This document shows, one piece after another, positions 18,474-28,265 of a stretch of 64,000 nt of DNA. Location: the NCBI GenBank assembly GCA_045597805.1, contig JAZLKW010000077.1, forward strand, positions 3,792-67,791, in the 5' to 3' direction. The DNA comes from Candidatus Avispirillum sp. (GTDB lineage: Bacteria; Bacillota; Clostridia; Oscillospirales; CAG-272). The stretch's first letter is position 1; each line of letters starts with the position of its first letter. Both the position numbers and the translations under genes were made by a program. The notes beneath the pieces were generated by a model. It searched no databases, was not told the origin of the DNA, and saw nothing but the letters and a program-made list of their open reading frames with translations.

Positions 18474-19007
18474 ATGAAAACAAAAGCTTTCAGAAGTGTG
18501 AAGGTCCTGTGCTTATGCGCTATGCTCACAGCCCTTTCCGTCGCCGTCGCGTGGCTCTGCAAGATGTTTCTCACGGTCACGCCCTACATCCGCATAACCT
18601 TTGAGAACCTGCCCCTCATCATGGCGGGATATTTCTTCGGTCCCCTGCCCGGGCTTCTCTGCGGGCTCACCTCTGACATAATCAGTACGGCGATCTCCCA
18701 GTACGGTCTGGGCGGCATAAACCCCATCATCACCTTGGGTGCGGGGCTTGTGGGACTTATGGCAGGGCTCGTTCCTCTTATTTTCAAAAAGAAAAACAGT
18801 CTCGTGCTTTTCATAAGTGTGTTCTCTGCCCATATCATAGGAAATATCATCGTAAAATCGACGGGACTTCACATAATGTATTCGTGGGCGATACCGCTGC
18901 TTTATCCCAGACTGCCGCTTTACATCGTTATCGCCGCCATAGAATACGTACTTATGACAGTTCTTCTTAAAAATAAAGCAATAGCAAAGGTACAAAGAGA
19001 AAAATGA
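18474..19007 (+). CDS. folT: Folate-family ECF transporter S component
   Basis: GGAAGGAGG RBS. A 177-aa 6-TM protein (ITFENLPLIMAGYFFGPLPG) in a THF riboswitch / folC context. Confidence 0.8.
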   Translation: MKTKAFRSVKVLCLCAMLTALSVAVAWLCKMFLTVTPYIRITFENLPLIMAGYFFGPLPGLLCGLTSDIISTAISQYGLGGINPIITLGAGLVGLMAGLVPLIFKKKNSLVLFISVFSAHIIGNIIVKSTGLHIMYSWAIPLLYPRLPLYIVIAAIEYVLMTVLLKNKAIAKVQREK

Positions 19008-20272
19008 TGACCTACGACGAAGCATTAAGCTACATACATTCCATCTCTTGGACGGGAAGCCGCCCGGGGCTCTCCCGCATCACCGAGCTGTGCGAAAAAC
19101 TGGGTGACCCGCAGGACTCCCTTACATTTATCCACGTGGCGGGCACCAACGGCAAGGGCTCCGTTTCCTCCATGCTGTCGTCTGTTCTCAGTGCCGCGGG
19201 AAAGAAGGTGGGCGAATTTACCTCTCCTTACGTCTACCGCTTCAACGAGCGCATATCGTTGGGCGGCACGCCCATCGACGACGGAGACCTCGCCCGGATC
19301 GTGGAAAAAGTAAAAGCGGCGGCGGACGAAATGTCCGACCCTCCGACTGAATTCGAGCTTATAACCGCCGTCGGATTTATGTATTTTAAAGAAAAAGAGT
19401 GCGATGTGGTGGTGCTGGAGGCCGGTATGGGCGGAAGGCTTGACTCCACCAACGTTATAAAGACCGCTCTCCTTTCTATAATTACCGGCATAGACCTTGA
19501 CCACACCGCAATACTGGGCGACACCTGCGAGAAGATCGCATTTGAGAAAGCGGGAATCATAAAGGACGGTTGCCCGGTGCTTATCGGCAGATGCAGAGCT
19601 TCCGAAAACCCCGAAAACGGTCTCAATTCCTCGGAGAAAGTCATATACAACGCGGCACAAAGCCGCAATTCTCTCTTTATACGCACAGATTACAGCCGCC
19701 TTCACGATATAAAGCTCTCCCCTGACGGCGCGGAGTTTTTCTTCGAGAGGTACGGCGAGCCCTTCAATATCTCCCTTGCGGGAGCATATCAGCCTGAAAA
19801 TGCGTCACTTGTCATCACCGCCTGCGAAATGCTGTGCATCGACGAAAAATATATCCGCGCAGGGCTCTCAGCCGCCCGCTGGCGCGGCAGATTCGAAAAG
19901 CTCTCGGACTCTCCCCTCGTCTTCTACGACGGCGGACACAACCCCCAGGGTGTGGAAGCGGCGGTCCACACGGTAAAAGCAGTATTTTCCGAAAAAATCA
20001 ACATCGTCACCGGCGTTATGGCGGATAAGGATTACCGCAATATGGCAGAAATGATAAGCACCGTGGCAAAAAGGGTCTTCTGCGTACGTCCCGACAACCC
20101 ACGTGCACTCGCGGCAGAAAAGCTTTCCGAGGTCTACCGCTCACTGGGCGTCCCCGCCGAAGCCTGCGGCACCGTTGCAGATGCGGTGCACGCCGCCATG
20201 AAATGCGGCGACACCCTCGGCCTCGGCAGTCTTTATATGTACAAGGAGTTCTACGACGCCGTAAACGGCTGA
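19004..20272 (+). CDS. folC: Folylpolyglutamate synthase / dihydrofolate synthase
   Basis: P-loop VAGTNGKGS, Mur-ligase motifs LEAGMGGRLDSTN and DGGHNP. The start overlaps the folT stop. Confidence 0.93.
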   Translation: MMTYDEALSYIHSISWTGSRPGLSRITELCEKLGDPQDSLTFIHVAGTNGKGSVSSMLSSVLSAAGKKVGEFTSPYVYRFNERISLGGTPIDDGDLARIVEKVKAAADEMSDPPTEFELITAVGFMYFKEKECDVVVLEAGMGGRLDSTNVIKTALLSIITGIDLDHTAILGDTCEKIAFEKAGIIKDGCPVLIGRCRASENPENGLNSSEKVIYNAAQSRNSLFIRTDYSRLHDIKLSPDGAEFFFERYGEPFNISLAGAYQPENASLVITACEMLCIDEKYIRAGLSAARWRGRFEKLSDSPLVFYDGGHNPQGVEAAVHTVKAVFSEKINIVTGVMADKDYRNMAEMISTVAKRVFCVRPDNPRALAAEKLSEVYRSLGVPAEACGTVADAVHAAMKCGDTLGLGSLYMYKEFYDAVNG

Positions 20273-20296
20273 TAGCCCCTGATCGATGGCAACTAA

Positions 20297-20327
20297 AAGA
20301 AAAAGCCCCATTTCGGGGCTTTTTCTT
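20297..20327. terminator. Bidirectional terminator between folC and potD
   Basis: aaaaagcccc-atttc-ggggcttttt. Confidence 0.8.
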
Positions 20328-20336
20328 TTACTATGT

Positions 20337-21452
20337 TCAGCTGTTCTTCACGCCTACCCACAGCTCCTCGTAGTACTTGACGACCTCAGCGTCAAGGTCA
20401 CAGAACCAGTGAGTCTCGGGCATATTTTCCTCGGAAGGATAAAGGATCTCGTTGCCCTTGTAGCAGTACTCATCGTTGTTTACAACGGAAGTATTAGGAC
20501 AAAGATATCCTAACTTCTCGGCATTTGCAAGGGCTACTGCGGGCTCCATGAGGAAATTCATGTAAAGGAGAGCCGCTTCGTAGTTCTGACAACCCTCAGG
20601 GATACATACGGAGTCACAGAATATGTTCACACCCTCTTCGGGATATACGAACTCCAAATCGGGGTTGTTCTCTTTCATGGTCAGAAAGTCGCCTGCGTAG
20701 TAAGGAGCCATAGCGGCGTTTCCGCCCTCCATCTTATTGAAGATCTCGTCCATGACGTAAGACTGGAGCACGGGCTTCTGCTCTTTCATGAGCTCTGCCG
20801 CGCGGTCCCATTCAGCCTTGTCGTGAGTATTGAGGTCGATGCCGAGGATGAGCTGCGCGATAGCGAGCGCATCACGGGGGTTATTGAACATCAGGATCTG
20901 ACCCGTGTACTTCTCGTCCCACATGGCTTTCCAGCTGGTGGGAGCCTCCTCGACTATGGTGGAGTTGTAGATAAGTCCTACCATACCGAGATTGTAAGGC
21001 ACGGAATACTGCTCGTCGGGGTCAAAGTAAAGACCCTTGTACTGCTCGTCGATATATTTATAGTTTGAAAGGGAGTCTACGTGGATCTCACGGAGCATAC
21101 CCTCGCGGATAAGCCTCTGGATCATGTAGTCTGAGGGAATGATGATGTCATAATAGGTAGCGCCTGCGGCAAGCTCGGAATACATGGACTCGTTATCGTC
21201 GTAGTTGGAATATACAACGTCGATACCGGTTACCTCTTCAAAGGCGCGGTTCACGTCAAGGGTTCCCTCTTTACCGTCGGAGATGTACTCGCCCCAGTTG
21301 TAAACCTTGAGAGTGGTGCCCTCAAGATCGCGGGTGTATGTGCCCTCAAGGAGAGCGGGGTCGATCTCGGGCGCTTTGTCGCCGCAGGAGAAGAGGCAAA
21401 CAGAGGAAAGCATCATCATGAGAACGAGAAGAATAGATACGGTTCTTTTCAT
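20337..21452 (-). CDS. potD: Spermidine/putrescine ABC transporter substrate-binding lipoprotein
   Basis: Lipobox LSSVCLFSCG. PotD-like core and pot operon context. Confidence 0.88.
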   Translation of the reverse strand: MKRTVSILLVLMMMLSSVCLFSCGDKAPEIDPALLEGTYTRDLEGTTLKVYNWGEYISDGKEGTLDVNRAFEEVTGIDVVYSNYDDNESMYSELAAGATYYDIIIPSDYMIQRLIREGMLREIHVDSLSNYKYIDEQYKGLYFDPDEQYSVPYNLGMVGLIYNSTIVEEAPTSWKAMWDEKYTGQILMFNNPRDALAIAQLILGIDLNTHDKAEWDRAAELMKEQKPVLQSYVMDEIFNKMEGGNAAMAPYYAGDFLTMKENNPDLEFVYPEEGVNIFCDSVCIPEGCQNYEAALLYMNFLMEPAVALANAEKLGYLCPNTSVVNNDEYCYKGNEILYPSEENMPETHWFCDLDAEVVKYYEELWVGVKNS

Positions 21453-21463
21453 TGTTTTCCCTT

Positions 21464-22267
21464 TCAGTTGTTTGTATTTTTGTTTTTAGTCTGTCTTAAC
21501 TGTGAAATATTTATGATGAGAAGCAGCACAAGCACCGACAGGAATATGCAGGTACATACGGCGTACATCTCAGGGGTGACGCGCTTTTTCGTCATGTTGT
21601 ATATGAGCAGAGGAAGCGTAGTGTAGCCGCCGCTGACGTAATGGCTGATGACGAAATCGTCGATAGACAGCGTGAACGCCATAAGTGCTCCGGAAAGGAT
21701 GCCGGAGGAGATAGACGGCAGGACTATCTTGAAGAACGCCTGCAGAGGGGTGCTTCCGAGATCCTGTGCCGCCTCGGCAAGGTGGGGATCGGTCTGCTGT
21801 AATTTGGGGAGCACGTTCAGCACCACGTAAGGCAGGCTGAATGTGACGTGGGCGATAAGCATGGTACCGAAGCCCAGAGACTCGGGAGAACTGGTCAGCC
21901 TTCCCACGAAGGCGAACAGGAGCATGAGAGATACGCCGGTCACGATCTCGGGGTTCATCATGGGAATATTCGTGACAGACAGAATACCCGTTTTGAACCA
22001 TTTGTTTTTCATGCCGAAGATGCCCACGGCCGCCATTGTGCCGAGCACCGTGGCGATCAAGGAGTTGAGAGCGGCGAGGATGAGTGTGTTTTTCAATGCG
22101 TTGACCGCTGCCTCGTCCTCAATAAGCTCGCTGTACCATCTCAGTGAAAAGCCCGTGAAATTTGCGGTACTGTTCCCTTCATTGAATGAGAAGAATACCA
22201 TTACCAGGAGGGGCAGATACATTATGACGAATATTATTGCCGTATAGATCTTACCGGTTTTGCTCAC
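21464..22267 (-). CDS. potC: Spermidine/putrescine ABC transporter permease
   Basis: EAAQDLGSTPLQAFFKIVLP permease motif. GTG start overlapping the potB stop (GTGA). Confidence 0.88.
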   Translation of the reverse strand: MSKTGKIYTAIIFVIMYLPLLVMVFFSFNEGNSTANFTGFSLRWYSELIEDEAAVNALKNTLILAALNSLIATVLGTMAAVGIFGMKNKWFKTGILSVTNIPMMNPEIVTGVSLMLLFAFVGRLTSSPESLGFGTMLIAHVTFSLPYVVLNVLPKLQQTDPHLAEAAQDLGSTPLQAFFKIVLPSISSGILSGALMAFTLSIDDFVISHYVSGGYTTLPLLIYNMTKKRVTPEMYAVCTCIFLSVLVLLLIINISQLRQTKNKNTNN

Positions 22268-23127
22268 AGCACGATACCTCCTCTCTCTGAATCATCGGAG
22301 AATCGGTTCATAAGCATTATGCATACGAGGATGACCACCATGAGCACCAGAGAAAGCATAGCTCCCAGATGTATGGTGTTCACGCTCTTGACCAGAGCCT
22401 CTATGCTGTCGCCTATCATATTTACGTTGGTGCCGCCCAGTTTCTGGGAGATATAGAAGGTACTGACGGAGGGCACGAACACCATGGTAAAGCCGGAAAC
22501 AACGCCGGGAATGCTGAGAGGAAGGATCACGCGCCAGAATCTGGACGCGCCGTTGGAGCCAAGGTCCGACGCCGCCTCGAGAAGCGAATCGTCGATTTTT
22601 GAAAGCACGGACACCAGCGGCAGTACCATATACGGGAAATAGTTATAAACCATACCGAATATGACGGCGCCGGGAGTGTTTATGAGGGTGAGCTTCCCGA
22701 AGCCCATGGCTGCGAGCAGGTTATTTATGATACCGTTGGTCTCGATGATATTCATGATGGAGTAGGTCATGATGAGCAGGTTCATCCACATGGGGAGCAT
22801 GACCAGCATCATTATGATCTTCTGCGTAGTCTCGGAGCACCTAGCAACGAAATAGGAAAAGGGATATGCAAGAAGCAGCGTCACCACCGTGGCGATAAGA
22901 GCGTAGACGAAGGAGTCCACGATATTGTCGCGGTAGACGGACAGCTGGCGGAAGTTCTCAAGTGTGAGCGTGCCGGAGCTGTCAGTGAAAGCATAATATG
23001 CCACGATGAACATGGGCACGATTATGAATATGACCGCCCACACTATGTACGGAATATTCAGGAACGTGGCGCCTGCGTTCGACTTTTTCAGCGTGCGCTC
23101 GTAGCCTTTTTTAGTCTTTTTACTCAT
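22264..23127 (-). CDS. potB: Spermidine/putrescine ABC transporter permease
   Basis: [20 protein letters not shown] motif. Start placed at MSKKTKK (GGAGG 10 nt upstream); ATG 23136 is an alternative. Confidence 0.88.
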   Translation of the reverse strand: MSKKTKKGYERTLKKSNAGATFLNIPYIVWAVIFIIVPMFIVAYYAFTDSSGTLTLENFRQLSVYRDNIVDSFVYALIATVVTLLLAYPFSYFVARCSETTQKIIMMLVMLPMWMNLLIMTYSIMNIIETNGIINNLLAAMGFGKLTLINTPGAVIFGMVYNYFPYMVLPLVSVLSKIDDSLLEAASDLGSNGASRFWRVILPLSIPGVVSGFTMVFVPSVSTFYISQKLGGTNVNMIGDSIEALVKSVNTIHLGAMLSLVLMVVILVCIMLMNRFSDDSERGGIVL

Positions 23128-24247
23128 CTTCCTCATCCTCCGGGATCTCGCTTATGGTGTCCATTTCCTCGGAGAAGAAGCTGTAATCGCCGTACCTGCC
23201 GGAATACTCGGACTTTTTCATTATATGTATTGCGTCCGGCTCGATGTCAAGACCGACAGTCTCGCCCTCAGCGGCGTAGTCAGTGGTTTGTATCATCCAC
23301 TTGAAGCCGCATATATCGACGATTATCTCGTAGTGTACGCCCAGAAAGGTAACAGAGGTAACGGTGCCGGTAAGCATGGCGGAATCCGCGGGGACAATAT
23401 CAACGTCCTCGGGACGGATGACTACGTCCACTGCCTCGTTTTTCTCAAAGCCCGCGTCCAGACACTTGAAGGTGTGCCCCGCGAAGCGAACGGAATAGTC
23501 CTCCGCCATAACGCCGTCCAGGATGTTGGACTCGCCGATGAAGTCGGCGACGAAAGCGTTCACGGGCTCGTTATAAATATCCGTGGGAGAGCCTACCTGC
23601 TGGATCTTGCCGTTGTCCATCACAACGACGGTATCCGACATGGAAAGAGCCTCCTCCTGGTCGTGAGTGACGAAAATAAAGGTTATGCCCAGCTGCTTCT
23701 GGATATTCTTCAACTCCTTCTGCATATCCTTACGGAGCTTTAAGTCCAGAGCCGCCAGAGGCTCGTCAAGGAGAAGAACCTGCGGGTGATTTATAACAGC
23801 GCGGGCAATAGCCACTCTCTGCTGCTGTCCGCCGGAAAGCTTTGCCACCCTGCGGTTTTCGAATCCTTCAAGATTCACCATTTTGAGCATTTCGGTGACG
23901 CGCTCCTTTATCTCGTCCTTCGGAACGTGCCGCACCTTCAGACCATACGCAATGTTGTCAAATACGTTATAGTGCGGAAAAAGAGCGTAACGCTGAAAAA
24001 TGGTGTTCACCTTACGTTTGTGAGGCGGAACACCATTGATCCGCTGAGAATCAAAAACAACTTCGCCCTCATCGGGATCCAAAAATCCCGCAATAATGCG
24101 AAGTGTGGTCGTCTTTCCGCATCCGGACGGTCCCAGAAGCGTGACAAACTCTCCGTCTGCAATGGACAGGCAGACATTGTCAAGCACCTTTTCCCCGTCA
24201 AAAGACATGGAAATGTTCTCAAGCTGAATTAACTTTTTGTTTTCCAT
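23120..24247 (-). CDS. potA: Spermidine/putrescine ABC transporter ATPase
   Basis: Walker [10 protein letters not shown], signature [14 protein letters not shown], Walker B LLLDEP. Start set at MENKK (AAGGGGG RBS 9 nt upstream). Confidence 0.93.
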   Translation of the reverse strand: MENKKLIQLENISMSFDGEKVLDNVCLSIADGEFVTLLGPSGCGKTTTLRIIAGFLDPDEGEVVFDSQRINGVPPHKRKVNTIFQRYALFPHYNVFDNIAYGLKVRHVPKDEIKERVTEMLKMVNLEGFENRRVAKLSGGQQQRVAIARAVINHPQVLLLDEPLAALDLKLRKDMQKELKNIQKQLGITFIFVTHDQEEALSMSDTVVVMDNGKIQQVGSPTDIYNEPVNAFVADFIGESNILDGVMAEDYSVRFAGHTFKCLDAGFEKNEAVDVVIRPEDVDIVPADSAMLTGTVTSVTFLGVHYEIIVDICGFKWMIQTTDYAAEGETVGLDIEPDAIHIMKKSEYSGRYGDYSFFSEEMDTISEIPEDEEDE

Positions 24248-24572
24248 TTTTTGCATCCCCCTTTGCGGCCAAGACCGCGTAAGCCGTATTACAGCTCTGC
24301 GCGAACTCACACACGCCTAACCGCAGCCCCCGCAAAGAGTGTGTTACAAGCAGAAAGATTCGCTTGCAGCATACGGTTTCTCATGACAGAAAAATAGAAT
24401 GTCAACGGCTCCTGTTCGGAACTGACGTATGTGAACATCCCGTAACGCTGTCGCGTATAACGGACGAGCCGTTCATGCCGGGACGTTTGAGGAACGCTCC
24501 CGATACCTTTGCCCTCGGGAACGCTGTTAGCACAGATGCAAAAATCGTGCATATTAAATTGTGGTAAAAATC

Positions 24573-24600
24573 ATTATACAGTAATTTCCCCAAATGTCAA
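24573..24600 (-). promoter_or_regulatory. Promoter of potABCD, ~320 nt upstream of the start codon
   Basis: On the minus strand: TTGACA (24595-24600), a 16-nt spacer, then TATAAT (24573-24578). Confidence 0.6.
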
Positions 24601-24677
24601 TAAAAATTTACAAATCATTCCCGAAAAATGCAAAAAAGCACGATATGAAATGAAATCCGCAAATTTTGCGAAATACC

Positions 24678-24706
24678 TTGACATAATCGGGGAAGATACT
24701 TATAAT
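24678..24706 (+). promoter_or_regulatory. Promoter of the acyl-AMP ligase/ACP/tagA operon
   Basis: TTGACA (24678-24683), a 17-nt spacer, then TATAAT (24701-24706). Confidence 0.6.
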
Positions 24707-24779
24707 AATACTATATATAATGCGCCAGTATGTGAAAAAACAGACTGCACCATTTCATATGTGACCATCGGAGACAAAA

Positions 24780-26498
24780 ATGAGAACCTATAACAACCTG
24801 AAACCCGTCGCACCGCCCAAGGAAATAGTGGACTTCCGCCAGCTGGTAAGAACCAACGCGGAGTGTTACGGCGACAAGGCTCAGTTTATCTACCTTGAAA
24901 ACGGCGTAAGAACAGAAAAGACCTTCAACGAAATGTATGCAGACGTCACTGCGTTCACCACCGGTCTTTTCTGCCGTGGGCTCAACGGTAAAAGCATAGC
25001 GGTCATCGGAGACCTCCATCCCGCATGGATGACGGCGTTCCACTCCGTTATAATCGGCGGCGGCGTAATAGTTCCTCTGGACCACGAGCTTGACACCGAA
25101 CAGATGGCGGATTTCATGAAGATCGCAAAATGCTCCGCGGTGGTATATACCTCCGCCATGAACAAAAAGATCGACGAAGCCCGTCCCATGCTCGACTTCA
25201 TAGAGTATTTCATTCCCGTTGCAGCAGACAGCACCGATGAAAGGACTCTTCCCTTCTGCGACATCGTGGCCGAGGGCAACAATGCTCTCACCGCCGGCGA
25301 CACCAGATTTTACGACGTGGATCTGGATATGGAAAAGATGAGCGCCCTGTTCTTCACCTCCGGCACCACCGGCACCAGCAAGGGCGTAATGCTCTCCCAT
25401 AAAAATATCGTAGCGGCGGCTAACGCCTCCTGCCGTGCCACCCAATACGGTCCGGAAGACAAGTACGTTTCCGTTCTTCCCATACACCATACCTACGAGC
25501 TGGTCCCCGCCCAGATTTCAGCAACGAATCTGGGATCCACCGTGTTCATCTGTGACGGCGTGCGCTACGCAACCAGAAGGTTCAAGGAAGAACAGCCCAC
25601 CTGCCTCGTTCTCGTTCCCCTGTTTCTGGAGACCATCCATAAGAAGATATGGTCCGAGCTCCGCCGCAAGGGTATGGAGAAGAAAGTCAGAGCGGCAATG
25701 AAGCTGAGCGACAGCCTGCTGAGACTCGGTATCGACAACAGAGATAAGTTCTTTTCCGAGGTCACCGCAGTATTCGGCGGAAAGCTCAAAAGCATCGTCG
25801 TGGGCGGCGCCCCCCTCGATCCCCAGATAGTCAAGGATTTCTACTCCTTTGGCATCACGGTCATCCAGGGCTACGGCATCACCGAGTGTGCACCTCTGGT
25901 AGCGGTAAACCGCCCCGGTCACGTCATGTTTGATTCCGTTGGTCAGCCCGTTGACTGTGTTGAAGTGAAAATAGAGCCCCTGGACGAGTCGGACGACGAG
26001 TTCAATAACGGCGACGGCGAGATACTCGTTCGCGGCGACAATGTCATGATGGGTTATTATGATAATCCCGAAGCGACTGCAGCGGCATTCACCGAGGACG
26101 GCTGGTTCCGCACCGGCGACATCGGCACCATGGACACCAAAGGCTATATCAAGATCACCGGCAGACTGAAAAACGTGATAATCGCCTCCAATGGCAAGAA
26201 CGTGTTCCCCGAGGAGCTCGAAGAGCGCCTCAACAGGCTGGGCACCATAAAGGAGTGCGTGGTTCTGGGACGCGACAACGACGAGGGCGTGCAGGAGATA
26301 GTCGCCGTCATCGTGCCCGATTATGAGGTACTTGGCGAAGGCACCTCAGATGCCGCGGCAAGCGCTATATATAAGGAAGCCATCGCGCAGATAAACCGCA
26401 CGCTTCCCGCATATAAGCACATCGACCGTTTCGAGATCAGGCATGAGGATTTCGAAAAGACACTTACCAAAAAGATCAAGCGTTTCCTTGTCAAATAA
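24780..26498 (+). CDS. AMP-dependent long-chain acyl-CoA/ACP ligase family protein
   Basis: Adenylation motifs FTSGTTGTSKGVMLSHKN, GYGITE, TGDIGTMDTKGYIKITGRLKNVI. Confidence 0.88.
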   Translation: MRTYNNLKPVAPPKEIVDFRQLVRTNAECYGDKAQFIYLENGVRTEKTFNEMYADVTAFTTGLFCRGLNGKSIAVIGDLHPAWMTAFHSVIIGGGVIVPLDHELDTEQMADFMKIAKCSAVVYTSAMNKKIDEARPMLDFIEYFIPVAADSTDERTLPFCDIVAEGNNALTAGDTRFYDVDLDMEKMSALFFTSGTTGTSKGVMLSHKNIVAAANASCRATQYGPEDKYVSVLPIHHTYELVPAQISATNLGSTVFICDGVRYATRRFKEEQPTCLVLVPLFLETIHKKIWSELRRKGMEKKVRAAMKLSDSLLRLGIDNRDKFFSEVTAVFGGKLKSIVVGGAPLDPQIVKDFYSFGITVIQGYGITECAPLVAVNRPGHVMFDSVGQPVDCVEVKIEPLDESDDEFNNGDGEILVRGDNVMMGYYDNPEATAAAFTEDGWFRTGDIGTMDTKGYIKITGRLKNVIIASNGKNVFPEELEERLNRLGTIKECVVLGRDNDEGVQEIVAVIVPDYEVLGEGTSDAAASAIYKEAIAQINRTLPAYKHIDRFEIRHEDFEKTLTKKIKRFLVK

Positions 26499-26522
26499 AC
26501 AAATAACGAAAGGCATAAAACC

Positions 26523-26750
26523 ATGTTTGAAGAAATCAAGAAAATTCTCGTTTCCGAAATGGACGTAGATGCTGACACCGTCAGCGCCGATTCCCAGCTC
26601 TCCGGAGATTTGGGAATCAATTCCCTGGAGCTTGCCGATCTCGTTCTTCTCTGCGAGGACAAATTCGGTGTGGCAATCAGTGACGACGACGTTAGAAGCT
26701 TCGTTACCGTAGGTGACGTGGTTACATATCTGGAACAGAGCGCAAAATGA
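26523..26750 (+). CDS. Acyl carrier protein (phosphopantetheine-binding)
   Basis: 75 aa with LSGDLGINSLELADLV around the predicted attachment Ser. Confidence 0.85.
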   Translation: MFEEIKKILVSEMDVDADTVSADSQLSGDLGINSLELADLVLLCEDKFGVAISDDDVRSFVTVGDVVTYLEQSAK

Positions 26751-26753
26751 TGA

Positions 26754-26777
26754 AAGGGGCTGAAAAGCCCCTTTATA
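26754..26777 (+). terminator. Weak hairpin/attenuator between the ACP gene and tagA
   Basis: aggggct-gaaa-agcccct followed only by ttta. Confidence 0.35.
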
Positions 26778-26783
26778 ATTGAA

Positions 26784-27557
26784 ATGATGAAAACTGAAAA
26801 AATAAACGTTCGCGGCGTCATGTTCGATAACGTGACTCCAAGTGAGGCTATGCAGTACCTTTCCGAGAGGTATGATCACGGTGAGGTCACCGCAGTCTAC
26901 ACTCCCAATCCGGAAATAGTGCAGCTGTGCATCGAGGACGAAAGGAACTATGGGATAATCAACTCCGCCGAGCTCATAATCCCCGACGGTATCGGTGTCG
27001 TAAAGGCGTCGAGGATCCTGGGAACGCCTTTGAAATGTAAGGTGGCGGGAATCGAGCTTGGCAGAAAAGTCCTTGACATGGCGGCAGAAAAGCATATCCC
27101 CGTCTTTCTCTTCGGCGGCAAGGACGAAAGCCGTACCGAATCCGGGATCTCCATTGCCGATCAATGCAAGGCGGTGTTTGAAAAGGAATACGATAGTATT
27201 AATATCGCGGGGTGCCGTGACGGCTACTGCAAAAAAGAAGGCGGGGAAAACGACGAGACCGTCCGCCTCATAAATGAGTCGGGTGCGGAGATTCTGTTCG
27301 TCTGCCTCGGTGCGCCCCTGCAGGAAAAATGGATATACGAAAACCGCGATAGAATGCCCGGAGTAAAGATATTTCTCGCTCTCGGCGGCAGTCTGGACGT
27401 GTATTCCGGCAATCTCAGAAGAGCGCCGAAACTCTTTATAAAGCTCAATCTTGAATGGTTTTACAGGCTTCTGCGCGAGCCTAAACGTATCGGGCGCATG
27501 ATGAAACTCCCGAAGTTTTATTTCGGCACGTGGCTCTATAAGATAAAGAACAGCTGA
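26784..27557 (+). CDS. tagA: WecB/TagA/CpsF-family glycosyltransferase (UDP-ManNAc transferase-like)
   Basis: PDGIGVVKASRILG, FLFGGK, ILFVCLGAPLQEKWI, LEWFYRLLREPKR. Confidence 0.88.
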   Translation: MMKTEKINVRGVMFDNVTPSEAMQYLSERYDHGEVTAVYTPNPEIVQLCIEDERNYGIINSAELIIPDGIGVVKASRILGTPLKCKVAGIELGRKVLDMAAEKHIPVFLFGGKDESRTESGISIADQCKAVFEKEYDSINIAGCRDGYCKKEGGENDETVRLINESGAEILFVCLGAPLQEKWIYENRDRMPGVKIFLALGGSLDVYSGNLRRAPKLFIKLNLEWFYRLLREPKRIGRMMKLPKFYFGTWLYKIKNS

Positions 27558-27786
27558 TCGGAGCGCTTACACAGAGAGAGGCGCCTCTGCTTGCCTGTTT
27601 TCGTGCGAAGGTACGCCGGACGTCCAAAAACAAGATGTAATATAATGACCGAAACTTGCGTTTCGGTCATTTTTTACATTAGGAATTTCGGAAGTTCCCG
27701 CTATACTTTACTTTTAAGTTTATTTTCTTTTCCGGTCAACGGTGAAAGAATCCCTTTGTATGCGCTCCTGACTCCGTTCTTTTTTC
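27558..27786 (+). repeat. MITE-like structured intergenic repeat, copy B (degenerate, terminal stems eroded)
   Basis: It shares ggagcgcttacaca..., aatgaccgaaacttgcgtttcggtcatttttt and ccggtcaacggtgaaag...ccctttgtatgcgctcc with copies A and C. It starts right after the tagA stop. Confidence 0.75.
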
Positions 27787-27920
27787 TTTCAACTCTCTCT
27801 CTGCGGAATAATATGGTAAGGGGGAGTATGTGATTTTTCCGCTCCATTTGATTAAAACACACTCCCTCGCGGAAATACTAAAAACAGAAACGGAATAAGA
27901 AAATAACGGAGAGTGATACT

Positions 27921-28265
27921 GTGACAGTAAAACGGGGAGATATATTCTACGCGGACCTGAGCCCGGTAGTAGGCAGCGAGCAGGGCGGACTTCGTCCGGT
28001 ACTTATAGTACAGAACGATGTGGGCAACAGATACAGTCCCACCGTCATCGCCGCCGCCATCACTTCGAAGCTGGGTAAAACGAATCTGCCAACGCACATC
28101 GACGTATATGCCGACAAGGTGGGGCTTGCAAGAGACTCCGTGGTACTTCTCGAGCAAATACGTACCATCGACAAAAAACGGCTGCGCGAAAAGATGGGCC
28201 ATCTGGACGAGGACGTGATGAGATCCGTAAACGAAGCCATAAGTGTAAGCTTTGGCTTAATGTAA
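27921..28265 (+). CDS. mazF: MazF/EndoA-family mRNA interferase toxin
   Basis: GTG start with GGAGAG RBS 7 nt upstream. VKRGDIFYADLSPVVGSEQGGLRPVLIVQND...LPTHI...DSVVLLEQIRTIDKKRL closely resembles B. subtilis EndoA. Confidence 0.92.
   Translation: MTVKRGDIFYADLSPVVGSEQGGLRPVLIVQNDVGNRYSPTVIAAAITSKLGKTNLPTHIDVYADKVGLARDSVVLLEQIRTIDKKRLREKMGHLDEDVMRSVNEAISVSFGLM

Noticed and set aside
24307-24552. An 81-aa ORF on the minus strand within the potABCD leader.
   Set aside because: It has no RBS and an odd composition, and it overlaps the predicted helices. It is treated as a non-coding leader.
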